Source: Paraglomus brasilianum (Eukaryota). Taken from it: a stretch of 22,991 nt of DNA. A program made the translations under genes and the position numbers. The notes under the pieces were generated by a model. That model did not search any database and had not been told where the DNA came from. It was given only the letters and a program-made list of their open reading frames with translations. Where the stretch lies: assembly GCA_910592345.1 (NCBI GenBank), contig CAJVPI010000019.1:62001-84991 (forward strand), written 5' to 3'. This document shows positions 1 to 10,661 of this stretch, piece by piece (within the stretch, counting starts at the first letter, position 1; each line of letters opens with the position of its first letter).

Positions 1-2740
1 AACAAATTTCTGCGAATACTGTCATATTGGCAGTTCAAAGCACATTTGACTTTCAATAAAAGTTAGGTAGGGTAGCACTTACAAATTCGGTATCTTAATT
101 ACCCAAAGGTTCATACGGGTAATATCCGAGGACCTCATAGGAAATAACCCCCTTCTCTTCTTCTCTCTCCAAAGCTGAATTTGATTGATAACGCGAATAA
201 AAATGTACAGGTGTCAATAAATTGGTTCCTAGTGAGAATGAAACCGTATTAGGTTCCGACGAAATATTGAGACGAGTAAAACAACATAATGTTGAACACA
301 AAAATTGCATCAATTTGCGTTTGCACCACTCATCGTTCGGTAGTTACTAAATTATCCGAAACAATGAAGAAAGCAGACTTTGACGTTAAGTGTAGCTCAT
401 TATCGCATTAGAACAATAGTCAAACGAATGATATTTTGTGTTTCAAGAAGAGAAGAATTGTGAGACAACAACTATAAAAGGTATACCACAAAGAGTCAAG
501 CATTTATTAAAAGTCAACATTGGAACCTGTAGATATTGTCCATGAATAATATTGTCCTTCGGCGGATATCCCAACCACAAACAAACCAAGAAAATATTGA
601 CCTAAAAGAAGCGAGACAAAATTGTATTTACCCTGACAATGTTAAAGATAGTGAAACCACAGTGGCCATTGCGACCAATCAATTAGGTAGCCATCTTAAC
701 GACAGTTCTTTTTTCCTCAGACTGACCAGAAATAGTGTTACATAAGTATACGCAAATCGATGATCATACTCGTGCTCGATTGTTGTTAAGTTAATGGGCA
801 GTAAGCTTAACTATTGCCTAGAATCACGCACTACGTCATACAACATATCAGATTATGTTGCACGTAACATGTGTTTCTATTTATTAAGTTCCTCTTTTCC
901 CTCTAAGATGAAAACACTTGCAGTGACCTTAGTAATCAATTTTGAGCCAATCATCCAATGGGTGAGAAGGAGGGAGAGCATTATGAGGGTTTGCACGCCC
1001 TTTGCTAAATCTAGATTCACCTCGCTCTCTTGATAGAGGAATTTTAAATAGCCAATGTCAAAAACACTTACTCATTCATTTTATATCACAGCGCAGTATA
1101 CGGCTTTCTTAAAATACATATTTAATGTTTATTAATAACTATTATTACAGGCCTATCGCTTTCCCCATTGTGTGTATTGTATGTTATTATGTAACCACAT
1201 GTGCCACAGCCGGAGTCATTGCATGACCTGCTGCGTATTTCGTTGTGTTAGACCATTGATGGATATATAAGTAAGTCCGAACAAAAGTTGTAAAACGTAA
1301 ACGTGAGTTACAGTGATAGGTTTTCAGGAGGTTCAGGAGATAACATTCTCCCCATTCCCCATTCAGAAAGCATTGAATGCGTAAGATAATTGCCTATATC
1401 CACAGATATCCACAGACGATTGGTATTCAACCTTTTTAATCTTATTTTTATATCCAATTTTTTCCTGCATTTAATAAAACATTCGATAGTAATACCATAT
1501 AATGTAATTTCTCGGCACAAATCTCCCTTAGTTTGACCTCATTCGTTATTTTATTTTTACTCTCTAGACAAACGAACTAATAGCGTTGCAATTATTCCTG
1601 TAAAGCTATTTTCTAATCCTTACAGAATATTGTTCTATCCGGTAGGGCATATCAATTTATCATGAAACATGACTCTGCAGAGTAAATTAAATACATAGAG
1701 TTCGAGGGCACATAAACCCAAAAAGGTTGTTTTGAGATATACGTAACTCATTCACCATAACCATTGTTATGTTGACCTAAACTAATGTCCATCTCAAAGC
1801 ATTCATTCCCTCTTCCAAAATTGCTATTCCAGATGGCCTTTCCCCACCCCCTTCCCCTAATTCCTGACGTTGGAAAAGGGTAAATGTGCCCCTAGACGCA
1901 CGTCCCTTTTTTTCAAAATTTCCGACATGCCACGAGACGATCGGAATGTGGTAATCGGACAGCAACGGTTGGCCAAAGTATCAAGAACTTGACACAATGC
2001 ACATAAACAAAGGGAACAACAGTTAATTGGAACTAACAATACATACAAATATATAAGGCCGGAGAAAAAAGGCCGGATATGTAAGCAGTCGGGGAGTACG
2101 AATTTGTAGTATTAAATATGAAGAACTAGTAATATTTGTTCCAGTGTTTAAATCGAAGAAAAAACATATCAGCTATTAATAGCCATAATAATAACTTAAT
2201 AATCAGGAATAGAATTAATATTTGCCATTCGAAACTTTCTATTTTTTTCATGTCACCAGAAAGGCCAAGGACAATGGTTGGTCATGTGTCGAAATATATT
2301 TGGGAATCGAGATATTGGCAAGTGAAAGCGTAGTATTTCATTGTAATAATTGCAATGCTTTATTAACCATATATAATATGTCCGCAGTTGTGGCACAAAA
2401 GGTCATGGTATAATTGGTATGGCCTAAGTATAGGGCCAGCATTGAGAAATCCGGATTTCTTTGCCGATCCATAATCATCCAGTTACTACACTCACCCAAC
2501 CGTAACACTGTGACGTTCAGAAAGTTAACATAATAAGAAGCACATGTCGACTGTTCTTTAAAGCCGAAACAATTCTATGTTGTACATATAGTATAACTCA
2601 GTGTATAATATATAACATGTTATGTCCATATGAGTAAAATTGCTATTATAGGCGTTTATCTTTATTATAATTAAATGTATTACGTTGTTTATGTAACAAT
2701 ATATACATACATATTAAATTTTAGTACCACCAAAATGAAA

Positions 2741-2747
2741 TATAAAA
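2741..2747 (+). promoter_or_regulatory. Putative TATA box of the HMG-box gene
   Basis: TATAAAA about 40 nt upstream of ATG 2783. The AT-rich context weakens the call, and TTTTTCAG at 2766-2773 could instead be a 5'UTR intron acceptor. Confidence 0.35.
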
Positions 2748-2782
2748 GAGCCAAGATGTTGTTTATTTTTCAGATCAATACA

Positions 2783-3400
2783 ATGTCAACCCGCGTAGAC
2801 CTCGAATTGGTAGAATATTACATCTCTAGGTTAAATAGGGATAGAATATTTCCTCCACATATCAATAATCCCGAAGAACTAGTTCCTGATGTCACTGGTA
2901 GCCGTAGACCGCCACGGCCTTTAAATGTGTTCTTGTTATTGAGAAAAAATGTAGCAGAAGAAGTTCGTCGGTGGATTGACCGTCCAAATATGCGTGTAGT
3001 CAGCAAAGCAAGCTCAATTTTGTGGTCATTGTCTACGCAAGAAGAAAAGGACATTTATCATCGTTTGGCAACAGATGTCAAAAATTTACATGGAACCAGA
3101 TATCCAGACTTTCGTTATACTCTACCAAGAAGGCAACTTTCCTTTAGACCATATCCTAGGTCGCCGCCAGAGAGTGAATTCACACCAAGACCATCATCTA
3201 CACCAACTTTCATACCACCGGCTGGTATTACGCGTGAACTCATGACTCCTCCCCCTTCACCACCGAATGCGCTTGCACCATCCCTGCCCACTGATTATGT
3301 TCCCGTTTATTTTGAACCAGAGACTTTTACATTTATTGGTCCGGACGGCAAATTGTATCAATGTTTCGCCGTGAACCCATATACTACTCAAATGTATTGA
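2783..3400 (+). CDS. MATA-type HMG-box transcription factor (~205 aa) with Pro/Ser/Thr-rich C-terminus
   Basis: Contains RPPRPLNVFLLLRK...NMRVVSKASSILWSLSTQEEKDIYHRLA...HGTRYPDFRY, matching the HMG-box pattern PRPxNxFxLxR...SK...W...EK...Y...A...YPDY/FRY. I chose ATG 2783 over 2675 because the upstream part is AT-rich and non-coding-like and contains TATAAAA at 2741. Confidence 0.9.
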   Translation: MSTRVDLELVEYYISRLNRDRIFPPHINNPEELVPDVTGSRRPPRPLNVFLLLRKNVAEEVRRWIDRPNMRVVSKASSILWSLSTQEEKDIYHRLATDVKNLHGTRYPDFRYTLPRRQLSFRPYPRSPPESEFTPRPSSTPTFIPPAGITRELMTPPPSPPNALAPSLPTDYVPVYFEPETFTFIGPDGKLYQCFAVNPYTTQMY

Positions 3401-4055
3401 AGGGAATATGTCATCGGAATAGAAATTTATCAACTTTCATTCATCAATCTCGAATACTTACCATCGTTTTCAGTTATGACTTCATAAAATTATTAGTTTG
3501 TCTCCGCTCACGCCTTCTTTGTTTAAACTTTAGCATTTTTATTGCTGTGTATAAATATCTTTCGTCGTCGCAATCAACGAATATTTTTATAATTCACTTG
3601 TGTAGAGGGTTCAGGGTTGTTTTTTTCCTTACGTTTAAGATTTGTTTACTTCGTTTCTATGCTAAGATTTATTTATGATTTATGGGGAGGGGGGCTTAAA
3701 TGTGTTAATATTTTATTGTTGGACAAGAAAGGGTTTATAATGTCGTCAACTATTTTTATTAAACTTGTTCGAAAAAGTAAGATATCGACTCTATACATGA
3801 TTAGCCTATTAATGGTATTATTCAAACGAACAATCGATTTTAAGACTCTTCGACTATGAAATATATATAATATATGTACTTTTAAATAAACTAACATACT
3901 GGACATGCATGTCAAAAGTTTATCTCGAAAAAATGTAAAGATTGTTTTTTAATTGGTCATTATTCATAACCAATCAAACATCAACAATTATTTGTATCAT
4001 AAATATTTTACACATTGCTTGGCAAGTGTCCAGTCGAGATTGACGCATACAAAGT

Positions 4056-5652
4056 ATGCTCCAAGAGAAATTTCAAGTCACTGTAGGTAAGTAGATGAGG
4101 GAAGGAAACAGGGCAGACAGGAAAAAGAACTGCTTCTGAACACATTGACTAACGTCATCTCTTCACAATATAGTCGAGGGTCGTAATTTGAAGGGCAGCG
4201 ATATAATTGGTATGTATGCTTGAAATATCAGTTGAGCGAATATTTATTTGAACTGACCGCTGAAGAACTGTATCATCACTCTCATAGGCAATGCTGACCC
4301 TTATGTATGCTTGTCGCTCGATAGACAGAATAAGCAGAGAACTCGTACTCTTCAAGGTGCTGGACAGAATGCTTACTGGAATCAATCTATAGAGCTGTAA
4401 GTTATCAAACTTTCCACTGTAAATAGATCAATTGTCGGTGCTGCATATGCGACAGCATCTTATTCTAATCACTTATGAAATATGAGAATGTCACTAATGT
4501 ACTTCATCGATATTGTAACACCACCCACACACATACTAATACACACACACGCCCCGCCCCCCAGTCATGCCAACCCTGGACAAAACCAACTCTACGTCGA
4601 AGTGTATAACGAAAACGTCGGACTCGATCAGTTCATTGGTAAACATCTCTGATCGACAGGGTTTGATTTTCAGCTGATCTCTGATCAATTTGTTAACGAT
4701 CTAGTCTCTTGCTCCCCACTATTGCAGGCGATGCAGTATTAACACTGCCTCAGATACCTCACCACGACCAATGGATTCATATTCAGCAGAGTGGAATTCC
4801 CGCTGGTGAAATTCATTTGACCATCACTAAGGTACGGAAGGAAGCATCAAGAGAGATATCGTGTATATATATAAAGTTTACATGCTATTAACACGCGTGT
4901 TTTTCTCTCTTCATGTCAATTTTTTACAGAGCCAAGGACTAGGTTACCAACCTCCTGTTCAACAGGCATATGCATCGTATCCTTCATACGGTGAACAACC
5001 ACCTCAATATCAACCTACTGCACCAAGCTCGCTCGGTCCTGCGGGAGGTTCGATTCCTGCTGGATATGGTTCAGCTCCTCCTCCGCCCGTACCAGCAGGT
5101 CTACCTGGGTACGCGCAACCGCCACCAGGACCGATAGGGTTCGCGCAACCGCAACCAGCACCGTACGCACAGCCGCCGCCGCCAGCACCGTACGCACAAC
5201 CGCCGGCACCAGTACCGTACGCACAACCGCCGCCACCACCACAAGGATATCCCGGCGCTTATATTCCACAAGCTACCGTTGGACACGATGTCCATGGTGT
5301 AAAGAGTGCTCATTCGAAAGACAAAAAGGATAAGAAGGGAAGTAGTCATGCTACTACTGGGCACGCGCAACCACCACCATATCCTATTCATGGTGAGGCA
5401 GCCTCTTATATGGCCGCTGTTGGGCATAATGTAAAGACTGGACATGATCCTCATTCGAAGGATAAAAAGGATAAGAAGGGAGATATTCATTCTACCCATG
5501 AAAAGGAGAAAGACAAACACAAGGATAAAGACAAGGATAAGCACAAGGGGGATAAAGATAAACATAAGGGGGATAAAGATAAAGATAAACATAAGGGGGA
5601 TAAACATAAAGGTGACAAGGACAAGAAGAAGGATAAAGACAAGAAGAAATAG
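4056..5652 (+). CDS. C2-domain protein with Pro/Tyr/Gln-rich middle and Lys/Asp/His-rich tail (~358 aa, 6 exons)
   Basis: Exons 4056-4086, 4174-4209, 4288-4396, 4565-4638, 4728-4831, 4930-5652. All introns are GT..AG (branch point GACTAAC at ~4147) and the spliced length of 1077 nt stays in frame. The spliced N-terminus MLQEKFQVTVVEGRNLKGSDIIGNADPYVCLSL...QRTRTLQGAGQNAYWNQSIEL...LYVEVYNENVGLDQFIGDAVLTL...DQWIHI...AGEIHLTITK is a complete C2 domain. Confidence 0.9.
5158..5238 (+). repeat. Coding tandem repeat, 3 x 27 nt (APYAQPPPP)
   Basis: gcaccgtacgcacagccgccgccgcca / gcaccgtacgcacaaccgccggcacca / gtaccgtacgcacaaccgccgccacca, with two degenerate units upstream at 5107-5157. Confidence 0.9.
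5311..5649 (+). repeat. Coding low-complexity repeats (HSKDKKDKKG x2; KDKHKGD-type units)
   Basis: 30-nt near-identical duplicates at 5311-5340 and 5452-5481, and gataaacataagggg-type units at ~5536-5615. Confidence 0.85.
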
Positions 5653-7901
5653 TTTATCTGTTACTTTTCGAAATGAAGTTTTCGAGTATGAATGTCATAC
5701 ACACATTAATTCTTGCAATCGTTATTTATTAAAATAATTCGGAATTAATTGATAAATTTAATTGTCCTAGTAATTATTAAATTATTATACACGAGACCCT
5801 CTTCTCGAAATTATTATTGAGAATAAAAAAAGTGACTATAAACCCCTTTTCTTTTTGCAAGGATCGCGGGTATATTGCTCAACACACTGCTGACCCCTCG
5901 TTCTTCAAAGTTGTGATCAACTATATTCTCCATTGCAAAACATCAATCAAAGAAGGCGTTATGTTACGCGCGCCAATACAGACTTCGATTCTACTCGTCC
6001 ACATCGCAACAAAACAATCGTGTAGTTTTCTTGATAAATTCTGATGAAACTTGCCAAATATAAATACGCGTTTACCAATATGGCAGCTTTGACCGAAATT
6101 GGCACGTGTGTGTCACTTGAATAATTCTGCTGAGCTAAATTTGTATTTCTCATAAAAATTATGAAGATCGTTATAAATACAGCACTAATTTTTACTATGA
6201 AATACAGACTCGCATGTAATAACTCCCCCCAAGTTGAACTCGCTCTCTCTCTTTCTTCTCACAGTTGTGGATTAGCGTAAATGCAAGTTTCTTGGGCAAT
6301 GAGAGATGCAGCCGTAATAATCCGATCGTTACGCATATGTAACACGAGCACATGGTATATTTTCGCGATGTCGGAGATTGTTAATGCTAATTCGAGTCAT
6401 AAGGACATTATATCCTAAATATTACATCATATTAATTATAAATTCAAAGCCAATAATAATAAATATACGCATTTATTAACATTAGTATACACTTTGGAAA
6501 TCACCACCATTCATATGACCAAAAGAAGATGTCCAAGATAGAGCATGTACATAAATTGTTTGTTTATTTGTTTCGGTCGGGTCAACACAATGGACCGAAT
6601 AATATTGACTGCACAGTATTACAGCTAATATATTGAGCAGTAAACCAAGAATGAAGTCACATGAGAATTTCTACAATATTACATAGTACATATTAATACT
6701 ATACGCATTTGAGTTGTCGGTCAGTAACAGTATTTTTAATTACATTTCCTTAAACTTCTTTTTTTTTTACATGGAGTTCAAGTCGTGAATGCATCTGCTA
6801 CAACTAGTCTACTGAGATAAACAATAAACATACGTGTGATGCACATTGGCGTAAAATTAAGTCCTCTCTTTTTTTATGTTTATAAAACGTATTGAATTCA
6901 TTGGTAATCGAGGGAGAGATAAGCAACCTAAACCAAACATACAATAGTATAATATAGTTAATGTATATACTGGTAGAATTAATTTACATGATCAGAGATA
7001 AGACAACGAACCTGGGTAATAAAAAAACAAGTAAACAAGATTTCACAGCCACAGTTTGTAACAACGATAATAATCAACACAAGCCATTGTTCAGATACCT
7101 TTACAATAGTTTGTTTATGTAACCAACCACTACGATAAAAAGTCATATTAACACCCAACTGCACATTGTACCATCTTATCCATATAAATCGTAAACGTGG
7201 CGTATTTCAATACATCAGCTCGCCATTGTTGATAGTTATAACTACAAGATGATATTAACCGCCGGATAATCAGTGCCGATTCAAATATAACACAGCTTTG
7301 GCTTGGGCCGACAAGTACATTTTAAACCTGTTGCGTTCATTCAATGGTGGAACATATGTACATGTGGCGCAATCCAAATATGGGAAAATTGAATCAGAAC
7401 AATTAGGTAACTTCTGAATGAACACCCCCGTGCATCAGTTGTAACAATTAGGAGTTATTTCTAGCGAAAGCTTAATAAAAGTGTTCAATAGGCCCCTCCC
7501 CTGAGAATTAAATTTGTAATATTATGTCTGCTGGGAATTTAATGTAGCTAAAATTATCACATATGACGTAACGAAATTATTTTGGTATAACGTTGCAAAC
7601 ACTAAACTTGTCACATACAGATAAAGAAATCACATCAGTGTGGATCAATTTTTGTGGCCATTCTGTTCATTGACAAATCTATTCCTGTAATCAGAGTTTA
7701 AGTGATTAGCGGCGCATGATAGCGATTGTTGTGATATATATTGACATGCGCTCAATGGTTTAAAGAGAATATGACGAATAGATAACCAATTATGCATGCA
7801 TTTCCTGCTAAAGAAGGTAAATAATAAGTATGCGTCTGAGCGTACAATACGTGTGAGAAAGAATTTCGACCGAGTCTTGATCAATCGTGAATGTCCATTG
7901 A

Positions 7902-8142
7902 ATGAAACAAATGCACAAACATTGTACGGTTTCCAAATCAAATGCTTATGCATATTTGATATTGATATGCCCTCATAAAATAATCGCATCGCAAAATCCG
8001 GTTCCGTAATAATAATAGTTCTGATGAAACAAATGCACAAACATTGTACAGCTTCCAAATCAAATACTTATGCATATTTGATATTAATATCCCCTAATAA
8101 AATAATCGTATCGCAAAATCCGGTTCCGTAATAATAATAGTT
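7902..8142. repeat. Intergenic tandem duplication, 2 x 119 bp (period 122)
   Basis: Copies 7902-8020 and 8024-8142 (atgaaacaaatgcacaaacattgtac...ccggttccgtaataataatagtt) differ by 7 substitutions counted by eye (~94% identity). Confidence 0.95.
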
Positions 8143-10312
8143 ATTGCGGCTGCGTTGCATGTTTCTGTTGGATCCAATCACATACGTAGTTAATACGTGA
8201 TACACGCAGAACGAGAATGCATTCTTCACAATCATAAGTTGCTACGGGTTTCTTTCTACGATATATGATCTACAAAATATTTACATAATATTCTGAGAAT
8301 GCTTGCAATTATTCTATATGTACTGCCCGATTCGTAGATTAAGAAAGACGCGTACATTATTAGACGGAGTTGCGAGACCGACTGCTTTGTAATTGGTTTA
8401 TAAAAGAAAAAAATAGACGTAAATATTAATGTACACTGCCTAGATAACAGTATCGTACAACACACCCCCAAATTTATCATACCATATATAATTATCCTAT
8501 ATAAACGTTTTATGGTTTATTACATAACCTAACCCTATATAATTCAATATTTGTTGCAATGTATTGTTTATAACAAATGATTGTAACATAATTAATTAGT
8601 GCTTTGAACCTTGTTTCCCTTTTTCGTTTTAATCAAAACTTATTCTGTTATACATTTTATTACGCGTGATTGCTTCTTCTCTTCCAGCTCTGACCCGAAG
8701 GGCTCGACAAATCGTAATAGTAAGGCGGAAAACTTACTTCTACTTGATAATTTTACTCTGGTTTTTAAAATATAATCTTTAACAACTTTGGAATAAGGAC
8801 TGGAAACTTATCATTTCGGAACAAGTAGTTCTTGCAACTAACTTTTTGTCAAAGGTAAATGCTTTCAAAATATTTGCAAAGTTGGTATTTATCTCACTTT
8901 TACTAATGGAACCATGTTTCAATGTTAAATCTAGTATCAATGGTTCTGGAACACGATTTTGGCTGTCATTTTAAGAGTCCTATGTGCCTTGTTACTTTAT
9001 TTATCATTCCGTTCGTTTAATGCGCAGTTTAGGTAATGTTTTCTTTACTAAAATTTTCTGGTTTGAAAACTTTTTTGATAACTTTTCAATGGTCTGGTAA
9101 ATTTTGATGTTGGTTCTTTAGTAGAGAAGTTTTAAACGTGCGAGGCTGATTTTTTACTTCCTATAAAATATAAAATTTTAAAGGTTAATGTTTTGGAAGC
9201 TCAATTTGGAGTAAGCAGCAGACCACTGTTATTAAGGTAAGTTTTAATAATGTGAAAAGCACTATTTCATATACGTGTATTTGGATAGTTTTAGCAAATT
9301 TGATTTTTGCTACTTATTCTATAGAGGTCAATTCCTTTCAGTTATGTAAAATCTGAGATTCTGAGAACCAATTTGATGGTCGTTCGCAACTAAACGAAAT
9401 AACACAGCATTAACAGCAATGTGTATGAACAGCTGTTGTTACCTATAATGTCGTGGTTTACTAGATGCTAAAATTTTTGTCCAGGTGGTATGTCTTGCAA
9501 TCGATTCTACGAACATCTTTTCCTGTTTACTAATATCTGACTAAAGGACTGAGATGACTGGATTCTGGACTGAGATGTCTGAAATGTCTGAGGTTTAGAC
9601 TGAGATGGTCCCGAACTGAACGGCTTAGTAGGTATACAAAACGTTTATGATATAAAATTTAGCAAACTTTTATCTTATACGGTAATCATGTTCCTTGCTG
9701 ATTTTCTTGTGTCTTTTTATAGAATACAAAGTGTTCCAAAAATGAATGGCGTCAACTGATACAAATTAAACAATAGGGCATAATAGACAAATTATCGGAC
9801 ATCGCCTGATTGACTACTACGTACGTATGAACCGAACAAGTAGGCAGTCAAGACGGCACAATTAACAGCCGAACCCGAACCGACATTTTAGGGGAATGGT
9901 TAGGATATTTATTCTCACATGTATGCAAAAAAATTTTTTATTTGCAGTTTTCAAAGGCCAGGGTGCAAACTCTTTCATACTTCAGGTAAGATTCTATATG
10001 GATTTTTGATATTTAAAACTCTATAAAAATTGCAGTATTGTTAATCAGTCAACTCGAAGAATTTTTGCATTAATAAAAATTTCTTACAATTGATTACGTC
10101 AGGAGAGCATTCTGCGTTCTAAACGTGGTCTTGCTTACACCCACCTCAATTAAGACGTACCAGTTTTAAAGACGGCTTTTATTCTCCTACTGCTAAGGTA
10201 TAAGATTACACTCGTATGTTGTGCTAATCATTTATTAACTAAGAACAAAAAATTAAAAGTTAAACTATATTTTTCTGTCTAATCTGATATTCTAGCATCC
10301 GCTTAATCTTGT

Positions 10313-10411
10313 TACCGTTGCATCTCAGTTGGGGACCTGTCTCAGTTCTACAACCGAGTTCTGGACTGAGTGACTGGGTTCTCGCAGGTCCCAAACTCAG
10401 ACACAACATTA
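10313..10411. mobile_element. MITE-like inverted-repeat element (~99 bp, possibly hAT-like ends)
   Basis: Left end taccgttgcatctcagttggggacctg versus reverse complement of the right end taatgttgtgtctgagtttgggacctg gives 21/27 matches. No recognisable TSD. Related sequence lies at 9546-9623. Confidence 0.55.
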
Positions 10412-10525
10412 CTCTAACTCTTTAAGCTGGCTTGTCCTCTTTATTTCAACCTCTGTAAGTAGTAGACATTTCCGTTCAACGACCGCTCCGGACAGCAGCT
10501 AACAATTATTTATTTTCGAAGAGGA

Positions 10526-10661
10526 TGTCCGACTTAAATCGTACTCTGACCCAATTCGAAATAGGCACATTGTCTAAACATCATTAACATTGTTTACGTA
10601 ATGTTGTCGAAATATAATGACCCGATTTCGAGTTGGGTCAGATTGCGATTTGGTCAGAACA
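10526..10661. mobile_element. Non-autonomous TIR element with TGT...ACA ends and 4-bp TSD (Ginger-like MITE)
   Basis: Arms 10526-10571 and 10616-10661 are inverted (34/46 ungapped; core 24/27) and flanked by AGGA at 10522-10525 and 10662-10665. TGT/ACA termini with a 4-bp TSD are characteristic of Ginger DNA transposons. Confidence 0.6.

Noticed and set aside
10..310. Minus-strand 71-aa ORF (ATG 310, stop 95-97) followed by a possible intron 82 to 10 (GTAAGT..CAG)
   Set aside because: It could be a small gene running off the window, but there is no recognisable domain and the evidence is too thin to call.
1396..2076. Short direct repeats atatccacag x2 (1396-1415) and aaggccgga x2 (~2055-2077), plus scattered splice-like sites at 1140-1415
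   Set aside because: Too short or too few to separate from slippage or chance.
2675..2782. N-terminal extension of the HMG ORF given by the ORF track
   Set aside because: AT-rich, contains a TATA-like box and an acceptor-like site; most likely promoter or UTR.
2783..5652. HMG gene as a mating-type (sex) locus
   Set aside because: The neighbours are not the triose-phosphate transporter and RNA helicase of the Mucorales sex locus, no homeodomain pair is present, and MATA-HMG genes are multicopy in these fungi.
5015..5737. Overlapping ORFs 5015-5269(-), 5101-5607(-), 5444-5737(+)
   Set aside because: Shadow frames of the low-complexity repeats in the C2 gene.
5817..7600. Short ORFs and possible repeat-like motifs (e.g. 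gaccgaaattggcacgtgtg at ~6090) in the long intergenic region
   Set aside because: No protein motifs, termini or TSDs that I can demonstrate.
7645..8058. 137-aa minus-strand ORF and 60-aa plus-strand ORF over the tandem duplication
   Set aside because: Non-protein-like composition, and the 122-bp period is not a multiple of 3.
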